Source: an uncultured Flavobacteriaceae bacterium (lineage in GTDB: Bacteria > Bacteroidota > Bacteroidia > Flavobacteriales > Flavobacteriaceae). Taken from it: a DNA stretch of 46,597 bases. A program made the position numbers and the translations under genes. Shown here piece after piece: positions 1 through 9,107 of this stretch (the first letter of the stretch is position 1; each line of letters starts with the position of its first letter). The stretch lies in contig CBESOB010000001.1 in the NCBI GenBank assembly GCA_965530995.1, forward strand, positions 1-46,597, in the 5' to 3' direction. The notes beneath the pieces were generated by a model that worked only from the letters and a program-made list of their open reading frames with translations, was not told where the DNA came from and did no database searches.

Positions 1-8
1 GTGCGGAA

Positions 9-79
9 GCACTAAATAATTAGGCGCAGCCAAATTACTTTATACGCGAGGCACTCAATAATTAGGCGCAGCCAAATTA
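9..79. repeat. Two tandem copies (42-bp period) of a 29-bp unit gcact[a/c]aataattaggcgcagccaaatta; array possibly continues upstream of the window
   Basis: Copy 1 at 9-37 and copy 2 at 51-79 differ at one base (a14 vs c56). The left flanks are also similar (gcggaa / gcgag). Confidence 0.85.
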
Positions 80-133
80 TTATTTGTGTAAAAGCCTTGA
101 ATAATTCATGACTATACTAGACTAACTCATATT

Positions 134-160
134 AAGCCTCACTTTTGTGGGGCTTATTAA
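134..160 (+). terminator. Hairpin aagcctcac-tttt-gtggggctt followed by an A/T-rich tail; probable terminator of an off-window plus-strand transcript
   Basis: 9-bp stem (one G-U pair) at 134-142/147-155 with a 4-nt loop. It lies upstream of the first gene. The T tract is weak (attaattta). Confidence 0.45.
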
Positions 161-213
161 TTTATATGGCATAGCTATTGATTTACTATCTTTATATTTT
201 TAAATCAAGTAAT

Positions 214-732
214 ATGATGACTATTAGAAACAGCATAACGTTAATAATACTACCATTGATCATGTTTAGTTTTTCGCAATGTTCAAGTCAAAAGAAATTG
301 CAGGACCAGGCGCCAATGCAGTTAAAAGAAGTGTATTGTCAAAGCTGGGTTGCTGGAGTTAGAGGTGGTGGCGCAGGAATCAATATTTTTATTCCTACCA
401 ATATAAAAACGTACGACAATACGCGTTTGGATTCGGTTTATTTTAGAGGGAAGTCTGCTAAATTGCAAATCATTGAGGATAAAACAATAGTTTATGTAGG
501 TCGATTTATTTCAGAAGCGAATAAGAACCAAGACCTTGTCATGAGTGGTAATAGAAAGGAAGAATATGGCAATAAAACACCTATGGGTGAAGAAGGCATT
601 CCTTTTGAGTTAAAAGATGATGAGTGTGTTGTCAGCTATAAAGTGGGTGCAAAGACGAAGTATTTCAAGATCGAGAACATCGTAGAAAAGGTTTCTATTC
701 CCTATCCAAGCGCAGCGTCGAACAAGCAATAA
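214..732 (+). CDS. Hypothetical lipoprotein
   Basis: ORF 178-732. The ATG at 214 gives MMTIRNSITLIILPLIMFSFSQC, a hydrophobic signal region ending in Cys. No family recognised. Confidence 0.6.
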   Translation: MMTIRNSITLIILPLIMFSFSQCSSQKKLQDQAPMQLKEVYCQSWVAGVRGGGAGINIFIPTNIKTYDNTRLDSVYFRGKSAKLQIIEDKTIVYVGRFISEANKNQDLVMSGNRKEEYGNKTPMGEEGIPFELKDDECVVSYKVGAKTKYFKIENIVEKVSIPYPSAASNKQ

Positions 733-791
733 GTTATTTTTGTAAAGCGTTTGCTAAAAACGTAAATTTAGCATCGTAAATCAAACCTCGA

Positions 792-2252
792 TTGAGCGCA
801 CTTCAAAAACTATTTAAACAGACATTTATTTATGGTTTGGCTACTGTCTTACCAAGAATGTTGACCTTTTTGTTAGTACCTTTATACACAACCCCTGGGG
901 TGTTAGATTCAGTAGCGGATTATGGCAAGGTTTCCATCGTATTTTCATGGGTCATTATTTTCAATGTTGTTTTAGCTTATGGTATGGAAACCGCTTTTTT
1001 TAGGTTTTTCAATAAAGAAAAGGACCATGAAAAAGTTATTAGCACTTCCACTATTTCCTTGATCGCATCCTCTTTTATTTTCTTTGTCATAGCCTTTTTA
1101 CTGCAAGAACAAATAGCCAATGGTATAGGCGTGGAGTTGCAATACATCAAGCTTGTCTTGTGGATATTATTGTTAGATGCCTTAGTAATAATCCCTTTTG
1201 CTTGGCTGAGAGCTAAAGAGAAACCTAATAAATATGCGGCAATCAAGATTACTAATGTAATCGTGAACATGGGATTGAATCTATTCTTCCTTCTCTGGCT
1301 CAAAGACTTATCAAAGGACAATTCAATCTTAGAGTCGATTTATGTTCCGCATTTCCAGATCAATTATATATTCATTTCAATTCTAGTTGCGAGTGCAATA
1401 ACCTTATTATTAATGCTGCCATTTTATTTTAAGGTGAAATATAAATTCACTCTAAAACTATGGAAATCAATGATGCGATACGCATTTCCTGTGTTAATTG
1501 CAGGCCTTGCTTTTTCAATTAATGAAAGTTTCAATAGAATAATGATGGATTATTTATTGCCACAAGATATTGCTGAAGAAAAGATAGGGATGTTTGCAGC
1601 GTGTTATAAACTGGCATTATTTATGACGCTATTCGCAACAGCATACAGATTAGGTATCGAACCTTATTTCTTTAGCCATTCCAAAAGTGTCGAGCCTCAA
1701 AAGAACTATGCAAGAATTTTAGAGTACTTCGTGATCTTTGGAAGCACAATATTACTTGGAGTTGTAGTATTTGCAGATTTCTTAAAACCGATCATCATAA
1801 GGAGCGATGCCTATTGGGAAGCAATGTGGATCGTGCCAATAGTATTGTTAGCGCATCTTTGTTTTGGAATCTACCAAAATCTATCGGTCTGGTATAAAGT
1901 AACTGATAGGACTAAATTTGGCGCCTACATTTCAGTGTTTGGAGCGATCATTACCATTGTATTGAATTTGTGGCTCATACCTATCATGGATTACAAAGGC
2001 TCTGCTATCGCTTTACTAGTGGCATATGCTAGTATGATGTTATTGTCGTATTACTACGGAAGAAAATATTATCCAATACCCTATAATCTAAAGAAAATAG
2101 GATTGTATTTGCTACTTTCCATTGCATTTTCGGTAATTTCGTTTTATTATTTCAGGGAGAATTATGCAGTGGGCATCCCAATGCTGCTCGTATTCATGGC
2201 CGTTGTATATTTACTTGAGAAAAATGAATTGAAACAACTATTGAAAAAATAG
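792..2252 (+). CDS. Polysaccharide/oligosaccharide flippase family membrane protein (MOP/Wzx-like)
   Basis: 486 aa, multi-helix hydrophobic protein. The N-terminus [27 protein letters not shown] is typical of Bacteroidota polysaccharide-biosynthesis flippases. The only start upstream of this conserved segment is TTG at 792. Confidence 0.75.
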   Translation: MSALQKLFKQTFIYGLATVLPRMLTFLLVPLYTTPGVLDSVADYGKVSIVFSWVIIFNVVLAYGMETAFFRFFNKEKDHEKVISTSTISLIASSFIFFVIAFLLQEQIANGIGVELQYIKLVLWILLLDALVIIPFAWLRAKEKPNKYAAIKITNVIVNMGLNLFFLLWLKDLSKDNSILESIYVPHFQINYIFISILVASAITLLLMLPFYFKVKYKFTLKLWKSMMRYAFPVLIAGLAFSINESFNRIMMDYLLPQDIAEEKIGMFAACYKLALFMTLFATAYRLGIEPYFFSHSKSVEPQKNYARILEYFVIFGSTILLGVVVFADFLKPIIIRSDAYWEAMWIVPIVLLAHLCFGIYQNLSVWYKVTDRTKFGAYISVFGAIITIVLNLWLIPIMDYKGSAIALLVAYASMMLLSYYYGRKYYPIPYNLKKIGLYLLLSIAFSVISFYYFRENYAVGIPMLLVFMAVVYLLEKNELKQLLKK

Positions 2253-2253
2253 A

Positions 2254-2688
2254 ATGAACATAAAAATCATCAACAAATCATCACACGATTTACCAAATTA
2301 TGAAACTATTGCTTCAGCAGGAATGGACCTTAGAGCGCACTTAACTGAAGCAGTTGTTCTTAAACCACTAGAAAGAACCATTGTAAAAACAGGTTTATAT
2401 ATTGAATTACCTATTGGATACGAAGCACAAGTGCGACCTAGAAGTGGTTTAGCAGCCAAGAAAGGCATTACCGTACTCAATGCTCCAGGAACAGTAGATG
2501 CTGATTATAGAGGAGAAATTGGAGTTATTTTGGTCAACCTATCAAATGAAGAATTTATCATTGAAAATGGAGAACGTATTGCACAGTTAGTGATTGCTAG
2601 ACATGAACGTGCCGAATGGATAGATACAGAAAAGCTCTCCGAAACGTCCAGAGGTGAAGGTGGTTTTGGAAGCACAGGTGTTAAATAA
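2254..2688 (+). CDS. dut: dUTP diphosphatase
   Basis: 144 aa with dUTPase motifs [28 protein letters not shown] and a C-terminal GGFGSTG. Confidence 0.95.
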   Translation: MNIKIINKSSHDLPNYETIASAGMDLRAHLTEAVVLKPLERTIVKTGLYIELPIGYEAQVRPRSGLAAKKGITVLNAPGTVDADYRGEIGVILVNLSNEEFIIENGERIAQLVIARHERAEWIDTEKLSETSRGEGGFGSTGVK

Positions 2689-2772
2689 ATCCCGAAGAAG
2701 ACAGGAATCTCATAGCAAATAAAAACATAGAAGTTTAATTAAAAGATACCACGCTAAAGGCGTGGCAATAAT

Positions 2773-3792
2773 ATGAAAATAATAGTACCCATGGCAGGAC
2801 GAGGATCACGTCTTCGCCCTCATAGTTTGACAGTCCCTAAACCATTAATCCCAGTTGCTGGCCATCCCATTGTTCATCGATTAGTGAAAGATATTGCTAA
2901 AGTTTTGAAACAACCTATTGAAGAAGTAGCGTTTGTTCTTGGCGACCCAGCTTGGTTTGGTGATGATGTGGTTAATAGTTTAAAAAAATTGGCAAATGAC
3001 ATTGGAGCAAAAGCATCCATTTATCGTCAAGACCAACCTTTAGGCACAGGACACGCAATAATGAGCGCTGAGCCTTCTTTGTCTGGACCTGCGGTGATTG
3101 CCTATGCAGATGCCTTGTTTAGAGCAGACTTCGAACTTGACAACCAGGCAGACAGTGTTATTTGGACTTTTAAAGTGACAAATCCGGAAGCTTATGGTGT
3201 TGTAAAGCTAAATGACAACAACGAGATCATAGAACTCGTTGAAAAACCAAAGACTTTTGTGTCCGATCAAGCAGTAATAGGCATTTATTATTTTAAGGAT
3301 GTTGCTATGCTAAAGGAGAAACTTCAAGAAGTACTTGATGAAAACATCATGAATGGTGGTGAATACCAAATAAATGATGGTATCAAGCGGATGATGGCAG
3401 AAGGACGGATATTCAAGACAGGAACAGTTGACGAATGGATGGATTGCGGTAACAAGGAGGTTGCTGTCGATACCAATACCAAGATGCTAGAATTCTTGAT
3501 GCAAGAAGGGGAAGAGCAATTAATTGCCTCTTCCGTAAAAAAAGAAAACTCGAACATTATTGAACCTTGTTTCATCGGGGAAAATGTAGTGTTGAAAAAT
3601 GCTCAAATTGGACCAAATGTGTCTATTGGAGATCAGTGTGTTATAGAGAATGCATCCGTTAAAAATAGCTTAATCCAGACCAATACAACGATTAAAAACG
3701 CTAATTTAGAGAATGCTATGATCGGGAATCACGTGACTTACGATGGAAACTTCAAGAGCATTAGCATCGGTGATTATTCTGTTTTGGAATAA
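2773..3792 (+). CDS. Sugar-phosphate nucleotidyltransferase with C-terminal left-handed beta-helix (hexapeptide) domain
   Basis: N-terminal MAGRGSRLRP...PKPL (GxGxR nucleotidyltransferase motif). The C-terminus has repeated [IV]G-x-x-[VI] hexapeptide-like segments (IGENVVLKNAQIGPNVSIGDQCVIENASV). Confidence 0.8.
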   Translation: MKIIVPMAGRGSRLRPHSLTVPKPLIPVAGHPIVHRLVKDIAKVLKQPIEEVAFVLGDPAWFGDDVVNSLKKLANDIGAKASIYRQDQPLGTGHAIMSAEPSLSGPAVIAYADALFRADFELDNQADSVIWTFKVTNPEAYGVVKLNDNNEIIELVEKPKTFVSDQAVIGIYYFKDVAMLKEKLQEVLDENIMNGGEYQINDGIKRMMAEGRIFKTGTVDEWMDCGNKEVAVDTNTKMLEFLMQEGEEQLIASSVKKENSNIIEPCFIGENVVLKNAQIGPNVSIGDQCVIENASVKNSLIQTNTTIKNANLENAMIGNHVTYDGNFKSISIGDYSVLE

Positions 3793-3812
3793 ATTCCTGC
3801 TCAGGCAGGAAT
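3793..3812. repeat. REP-like hairpin attcctgc-tcag-gcaggaat, followed by ctc
   Basis: Perfect 8-bp stem directly after the stop codon at 3790-3792. Same core as the elements at 42385-42404 and 42438-42457. Confidence 0.85.
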
Positions 3813-3921
3813 CTCAGAACAATTCATGTATTGCTTTTGGAACAACTATTGTTACTATAATGATATATACAATCGTCGCCAAGAGTGTTCCACATAGCTA
3901 TCAGTATAGTATCTCATTAAT

Positions 3922-5280
3922 ATGAAAAATAGTTTCAAAATACTTGTTTTCATCCTAGGAATGATTCTCATTCCTAATCAAGCTATGTCTCAGGGAGAAG
4001 AGGATGTTGCCGAGGACGACCTTGGGAATGTTACCGATGAATATCAAGAATTTTTCTTCGAGGCACTTAAACAGAAAGGTATTGAAAATTATGACCGCGC
4101 TATAGCAGCACTTCTAGAGTGTATAGAGATAGACGATTCAAAAGGCGTGTTATATTACGAATTGGGCAAGAATTATGTGGCACTTAAAAACTTTGGTAAT
4201 GCAGAAGATGCACTGAAGAAAGCAGTGAATAAAGAACCATCAAATGAGTGGTTTTTAGATGAATTGTACGGCGTTTATATTCAACAAAAAAATTTATCAA
4301 AAGCCATTAAGACAGTTAAACAATTGGTTAGTTATCACCCGGATTATAAAGAAGATCTAGCCGGATTGTACCTGCAGATCAAGAAATATGATGATGCCTT
4401 AAAAATCTTAGACGAGTTAGACAAGACCATTGGAATATCTCCAACGCGCGATCGTATGCGTAACCAGATCTATGCTGCCACGGGACGGAAAAAAGATCAA
4501 ATTAAGAACTTAGAAGAACGTGTAGAAAGCAATCCTGATGCTGAAACAAATTACTTGGCACTTATTTATAGGTACAGCGAAAGTGGAGATACGACAAAAG
4601 CATTTGAAACGGCAAAAAAATTATTGGAGGTCAATCCGAATTCACAATTGGTACATATGGCGTTGTACAAATTCTATTTAGATGATAATGAAGCCGATAA
4701 GGCCATTGAGTCTATGAAAATAGTTTTGAAGAGTAATAAGATCAAGGCGGAAGCCAAGTTCAAGGTCCTGAAAGATTTTATCAAGTTCGTTGGTGCCAAC
4801 CCACAATACGAGGACGACCTTCTGGAAGTAACCTCCGATGTCAGTGAATATGAAAGCGCCAAGACCAATGCAGAACTGGGCGAATATTATTTCAGAAAAG
4901 GAGATAAGAAAAAAGCCTTGGAATATTATCAGGATGCTCTAAAGGCTGAGCCGGACAATTTTGGGGTCTTAAGAAACGTTTTATTGTTGCTGATCGATAC
5001 TAAAGATTATGAAAAGGCTGTAACTGAAAGTGCAGAAGCTATTGAGAATTATCCAGCGCAACCTGTTTTGTATCTTATTAATGGTGTTGCCTTGAATGAA
5101 TTGAAACGTGGACAAGAAGCCATTGAAATATTAGAGACTGGGTTAGACTATATCATAGATGACACCAAAATGACGTCGGATTTCTATAGCCAATTAAGCG
5201 AATCCTATAGACAGGATAATAATACTGTGAAAGCAGAGAGCTACGCTAAAAAGGCAAAAGACATAATGAGTAAAAATTAA
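3922..5280 (+). CDS. Tetratricopeptide-repeat protein with signal peptide
   Basis: 452 aa. Signal-like N-terminus, then repeated 34-aa A/Y/L-patterned helical units (e.g. YYELGKNYVALKNFGNAEDALKKAVNKEP). Confidence 0.75.
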   Translation: MKNSFKILVFILGMILIPNQAMSQGEEDVAEDDLGNVTDEYQEFFFEALKQKGIENYDRAIAALLECIEIDDSKGVLYYELGKNYVALKNFGNAEDALKKAVNKEPSNEWFLDELYGVYIQQKNLSKAIKTVKQLVSYHPDYKEDLAGLYLQIKKYDDALKILDELDKTIGISPTRDRMRNQIYAATGRKKDQIKNLEERVESNPDAETNYLALIYRYSESGDTTKAFETAKKLLEVNPNSQLVHMALYKFYLDDNEADKAIESMKIVLKSNKIKAEAKFKVLKDFIKFVGANPQYEDDLLEVTSDVSEYESAKTNAELGEYYFRKGDKKKALEYYQDALKAEPDNFGVLRNVLLLLIDTKDYEKAVTESAEAIENYPAQPVLYLINGVALNELKRGQEAIEILETGLDYIIDDTKMTSDFYSQLSESYRQDNNTVKAESYAKKAKDIMSKN

Positions 5281-5283
5281 TAT

Positions 5284-6072
5284 ATGAGCCCTAGATCATT
5301 AACTAAAATTATTTTTTCCGCACTATTATTTGGAATGCTTTTAATAGTGGGCTGTAGGTCCACCAATAGTATTTCGTCTTCAGGAGAATTGAATGAAGGA
5401 TTAACAGCTAAACAAATAATTAAACAGAGTAACCGAAGCAAGGCTAATTTCAAGACGCTTCAATCGCGGGTCAAGATCGATTACACGAGGGATGGTAGTT
5501 CAAAAGGCGTAGGTGTTAATTTAAGAATGGAGAAGGGTAAGGTTATTTGGCTCAATGGGCCATTAAGTGTCGCCAGAGTTAAAATCACTCCCAATAAGGT
5601 GAGTTTTTATGATAAATTGAACAATCAATATTTCGATGGAGATTTCAGATTGTTGAGTGATCTGCTTGGTACGGAGTTGGACTTTGATAAAGTACAGAAC
5701 CTGTTGATTGGGGAAGCGATCTACGATTTAAACAAAGGGTCCTATAAAGCATCAACCCACGAGCATTCGTATGTTATACAGCCCGAAGAACAACTTGCTT
5801 TGTTCGAGATTTTCTTCTTATTGAATCCAAATCATTTCAAGATGGACTCGCAGCAGATTTCACAGATTGATGAAAATAGAATGCTTCAAGTGGATTATTT
5901 AAAATACCAGGAAGTGGAGAAGCAAAAATTACCAGAAGTGGTTAAGATCATCGCATTGGATTCTGGTGATGAGACAATTATCGATATGGAATACCGTTCT
6001 GTTTCTTTGAATGAAGACTTGCGATTCCCATTTCGTATTCCGTCAGGCTATGATGAAATAATCCTTAAATGA
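5284..6072 (+). CDS. DUF4292-type (LolB-like) lipoprotein
   Basis: Signal plus Cys (LLIVGCRS). The segment FKTLQSRVKIDY...LRMEKGKVIWL...YFDGDFRLLSDLLGTELDFDKVQNLLIGEA matches my recollection of DUF4292. Confidence 0.7.
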   Translation: MSPRSLTKIIFSALLFGMLLIVGCRSTNSISSSGELNEGLTAKQIIKQSNRSKANFKTLQSRVKIDYTRDGSSKGVGVNLRMEKGKVIWLNGPLSVARVKITPNKVSFYDKLNNQYFDGDFRLLSDLLGTELDFDKVQNLLIGEAIYDLNKGSYKASTHEHSYVIQPEEQLALFEIFFLLNPNHFKMDSQQISQIDENRMLQVDYLKYQEVEKQKLPEVVKIIALDSGDETIIDMEYRSVSLNEDLRFPFRIPSGYDEIILK

Positions 6073-7295
6073 TCAAAACCAATAGCATAAGAACTTCAAT
6101 TGTCCTGCTACTGTTTCTTATCGTAGGAACTGTATCGTTTGCACAGAACTCAAAGAAAGAGCAACTCGAACAACGGCGTCAAGAAATCCTAAGAGAGATA
6201 CGGCAAATCAACAACTTATTGTATAGTGATAAGAAAAAACAAAAGTCTGAACTCACAGCCATTGAAGACCTGAACTATAAAGTAAGTGTTCGCAAAAACC
6301 TAATTAAGGTCACGAACCAACAAGCCAATCTTCTTACGAGAGAGATCAATACAAACCAGAATACCATTAGTAGTTTGAGAGACGAGTTAAAGCAACTCAA
6401 GGAAGATTATGCTGCAATGGTTGTAAAGTCCTATAAAAGCAAGTCTGAGCAAAGCCGAGTAATGTTTTTAATGTCTTCGACAAACTTCCAGCAAGCGTAT
6501 AAAAGATTGCAATACATCAAGCAATATGCTAAGTATCAAAAGCAACAAGGCGAAGACATTAAGGCAAAGACCTTCAAACTTCAGGAAGTCAACAATCAAT
6601 TACTTGTGCAGAAGAAAGACAAGGAAAAACTTATAGCAGAAAATCGGATAGCCAAGAAAGAATTGGAAAACGAGATGAAGCAGCATGAGGCTTTAATGAA
6701 AAGCATCAAGAAGAATTTAAGCAAGTATAGTTCACAAATAAAAACCAAGCAACGCGAAGCCAGTAGAATAGACAGGCAAATCGAAAAGTTGATTCGAGAC
6801 GCTATGGCGAGTTCCAATACCAAGGCTGGGAAATCAAGCACTTCTGGAAGTTTTGCCATGACGCCTGAGAATAAGGCATTGGCAGCTAGCTTTACATCAA
6901 ATAAAGGCAAATTACCTTGGCCCGTAGAAAGAGGGGTCAAGAAAATGGGTTATGGTACTCAACCTCATCCTGTGGTTAGAACCGCCACAATTCAAAGTAA
7001 TGGAATACGAATTGCAACAAATAAGGGAGCCAAGGCGCGAGCTGTTTTTAACGGAACGGTATTAGCGGTTATGAGACCAAAAGGAATACCCCCTATTGTC
7101 GTGATACAACATGGAAATTATTCAACAGCCTATAAAAATATATCTAAGGCTTACGTTAAAAAGGGCGATAAGGTTACTACGAATCAAGAGATTGGTGAAG
7201 TATTCACGAATAATAACGGACAGACGATTTTGAGTTTTAGCGTTTTCAAAGATGGTAGAACACAAAATCCAGAATATTGGATTTCTAAACGTTAA
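6069..7295 (+). CDS. EnvC-like murein hydrolase activator: coiled coil plus degenerate M23/LytM domain
   Basis: ATGA start/stop overlap with the upstream gene. It has a long K/E/Q-rich coiled coil. The C-terminal LytM fold lacks the catalytic HxxxD (reads SNGIRI) and HxH (reads ILSFSV). Confidence 0.8.
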   Translation: MIKTNSIRTSIVLLLFLIVGTVSFAQNSKKEQLEQRRQEILREIRQINNLLYSDKKKQKSELTAIEDLNYKVSVRKNLIKVTNQQANLLTREINTNQNTISSLRDELKQLKEDYAAMVVKSYKSKSEQSRVMFLMSSTNFQQAYKRLQYIKQYAKYQKQQGEDIKAKTFKLQEVNNQLLVQKKDKEKLIAENRIAKKELENEMKQHEALMKSIKKNLSKYSSQIKTKQREASRIDRQIEKLIRDAMASSNTKAGKSSTSGSFAMTPENKALAASFTSNKGKLPWPVERGVKKMGYGTQPHPVVRTATIQSNGIRIATNKGAKARAVFNGTVLAVMRPKGIPPIVVIQHGNYSTAYKNISKAYVKKGDKVTTNQEIGEVFTNNNGQTILSFSVFKDGRTQNPEYWISKR

Positions 7296-7297
7296 TT

Positions 7298-7810
7298 CTA
7301 GTCTAGAAACAAGGCTTTTAATTCAGTCGCTTCATTTGGTTTCATTTTACCAGCCAGCACCAAACTTAATTGCTTGCGTCGCAAGGCGCCTTCAAAGCGT
7401 TCTTTTTCAAGAGCCGTTTCTGGTTTTATAGGAGGTACAGGCACAGGATGCCCCGCTTCATCAACTGCAACAAAGGTATAAATAGCTTCATTGGCCTGAG
7501 TTCTTTCACCGGAGATACGGTCTTCCATCCAAACATCCAAAAACACTTCCATAGAGCTCCTAAAAGCTCTAGAAACCTTAGCTTCTACAGTCACCACACT
7601 TCCTAATGGGACAGATTTATTGAAAGCAACGTGATTCACCGAAGCCGTTACCGTAATGCGCCTGGAGTGTCTTCTGGCCGAGATACTTGCAGCACGATCC
7701 ATACGAGCCAATAGTTCGCCACCAAAAAGATTATTCAAGGGATTGGTTTCGCTGGGCAGGACCATATCCGTCAGTATGGTCTTGGATTCTTCAGGTGTTT
7801 TTGCTTGCAT
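7298..7810 (-). CDS. Acyl-CoA thioesterase (hotdog fold, YciA/BFIT type)
   Basis: VLPSETNPLNNLFGGELLARMDRAA...VTASVNHVAFNKSVPLGSVV is typical of acyl-CoA thioester hydrolases. Confidence 0.85.
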   Translation of the reverse strand: MQAKTPEESKTILTDMVLPSETNPLNNLFGGELLARMDRAASISARRHSRRITVTASVNHVAFNKSVPLGSVVTVEAKVSRAFRSSMEVFLDVWMEDRISGERTQANEAIYTFVAVDEAGHPVPVPPIKPETALEKERFEGALRRKQLSLVLAGKMKPNEATELKALFLD

Positions 7811-7832
7811 CGCTTTGGGTTTAAATCGATGC

Positions 7833-7840
7833 CAAAGATA
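7833..7840 (-). promoter_or_regulatory. Candidate Bacteroidota -7 box TATCTTTG for the thioesterase gene
   Basis: caaagata on the plus strand is TAnnTTTG on the minus strand, 23 nt upstream of the ATG at 7810. No clear -33 TTG. Confidence 0.35.
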
Positions 7841-7883
7841 CTACCTAATAAAAAGGAATGTGTTATAAAAATGCAAAAAGTAG

Positions 7884-8060
7884 TGTCATTTCGAGCTTGT
7901 TGAGATTTTTTTTAGAAAAGTAAAATCGGATAGAGATTCCTCCGCTACGGTCGGAATGACAAAACCATAGATTAATTCATTTTATACCAATCACTCAATT
8001 CTGAAATGTCATTTCGAGTCATTTTCAGAATGAAATGATGAAAATTGTATCGAGAAATCT
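7884..8060. repeat. Cluster of three REP-like elements of the tgtcatt(c/t)c...gaatc family
   Basis: The 12-mer tgtcatttcgag occurs exactly at 7884-7895 and 8007-8018. An inverted copy, gagattcctccgctacggtcggaatgaca, lies at 7933-7961. The terminal half-site tcgagaaatct is at 8050-8060. Confidence 0.8.
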
Positions 8061-8065
8061 ACAGA

Positions 8066-9001
8066 TTAGAGTTGCTTCACCAACAACCAAGCATCCCGAT
8101 TGTGATTATAGCGAATTTGTCTCAAGGCTTTAAGTGCTCCGCTTCGGTTCTCATAGCTTGAATACACTACTTGATGTAAGCCATATTTATTTTTACCTAT
8201 TTTACGAGCATTGTAACCTTTTCTTTGCAGCTGGCCTACCTTTTTATCTGAATTGGCTTCAACCCTAAAGGCACCAGCGACAATATGGTAACGACCCGAT
8301 TGCTTCTCAACATTCAAGGCAATTGCTGGTAGCGGATTGTCAATAACAAAAGTAGCCTGTTGTATGCGTTGCTCTAATTGTTCCTGAGCGTCTTCTTGTG
8401 CTAATTGATTATGGGATTCAATCTGTCCAACATAATACTTTGAAGCGGCAAAACCACCAATGGTCAATGCGATTAAAGCAATAGCCGCATATTTAAGATA
8501 AGGTCTCGCTTTACGTGTTTCTGGCGTGAAAGCAATTGGAATTACCTTCTCTAATTCTTCAACCTCTTCTTTATAGATTTCTCTAGTGACACTTGGAGAA
8601 ACGAACTGTGATAAACCGAAAGCATCCGTCAAATAGTTGAGGTGATCAACAGGTTCAAATAGTATTTTGCCTTCTTGGTTCAATAGCATCTCACCGATAT
8701 TCTCAAAGGTCAGTGTTTCACCTTGGATCAAATAAGACTTCAAGGATTTAGTGCGCTTGGTGATTTTCTTGACAGCGGTTTCGTATGGGATCTTTTCAAT
8801 CTCTGCGATATAATTGGCCAATAGACCATCATTATTTTGAAGCTGTTCATTGAAGGACACCACCTTTTTCGGCGGATAGAAGGCATTGGTCGTTTCATTG
8901 ACATTTGCAGAGATGGCATGCGTCAAGAATGCCCCAAAATTTGGCACAGTCACACACTCGTAACGGTAAAGTAAATCGCTGATATAAGTCTCCAATCGCA
9001 T
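8066..9001 (-). CDS. HU-CCDC81-like / SPOR domain protein (septal peptidoglycan binding)
   Basis: N-terminal ISDLLYRYECVTVPNFGAFLT, a central TM helix, and a C-terminal SPOR-like segment YHIVAGAFRVEANSDKKVGQLQRKGYNARKI. Confidence 0.8.
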   Translation of the reverse strand: MRLETYISDLLYRYECVTVPNFGAFLTHAISANVNETTNAFYPPKKVVSFNEQLQNNDGLLANYIAEIEKIPYETAVKKITKRTKSLKSYLIQGETLTFENIGEMLLNQEGKILFEPVDHLNYLTDAFGLSQFVSPSVTREIYKEEVEELEKVIPIAFTPETRKARPYLKYAAIALIALTIGGFAASKYYVGQIESHNQLAQEDAQEQLEQRIQQATFVIDNPLPAIALNVEKQSGRYHIVAGAFRVEANSDKKVGQLQRKGYNARKIGKNKYGLHQVVYSSYENRSGALKALRQIRYNHNRDAWLLVKQL

Positions 9002-9107
9002 TGAAACAAAGTTAAAATTTTTTGCATGCTAAAAAAAGGTCGAAGCAAGTAGTTATTAACAGGCGATATTTTTTATTATTATAGAAAATATTCTCTATTT
9101 TGTAGTC

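Noticed and set aside
9-79. Possible CRISPR array at the window start
   Set aside because: The repeat period is only 42 bp with about 13 bp between units, far too short for spacers. There are only two copies, and no cas genes are in the window.
977-1321. 114-aa antisense ORF inside the flippase gene. Similar antisense or alternate-frame ORFs occur at 2298-2480, 3324-3575, 4674-4868, 6596-6940, 7370-7868, 9128-9832, 13098-13904, 15420-15719, 16923-17195, 17757-18076, 19453-20412, 21905-22470, 23537-24870, 26126-29009, 32273-32761, 36040-36246, 36993-38124, 38671-38922, 39283-39717, 40939-41473, 42115-42345, 43454-43636, 44589-45105 and 46193-46405
   Set aside because: All lie within, or largely overlap, longer ORFs with clear family signatures on the other strand or frame. 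Their products are low-complexity and motif-free. They are typical shadow ORFs.
2749-2765. Hairpin ccacgc-taaag-gcgtgg 8 nt upstream of the nucleotidyltransferase start
   Set aside because: It is a short 6-bp stem with no U run and no second copy. It could affect translation initiation, but nothing in the sequence distinguishes it from chance.
3743-3925. 60-aa ORF spanning the spacer between the nucleotidyltransferase and TPR genes
   Set aside because: It overlaps the 3' end of the upstream gene, runs through the REP-like hairpin, and has no start context or motif. It is most likely non-coding.
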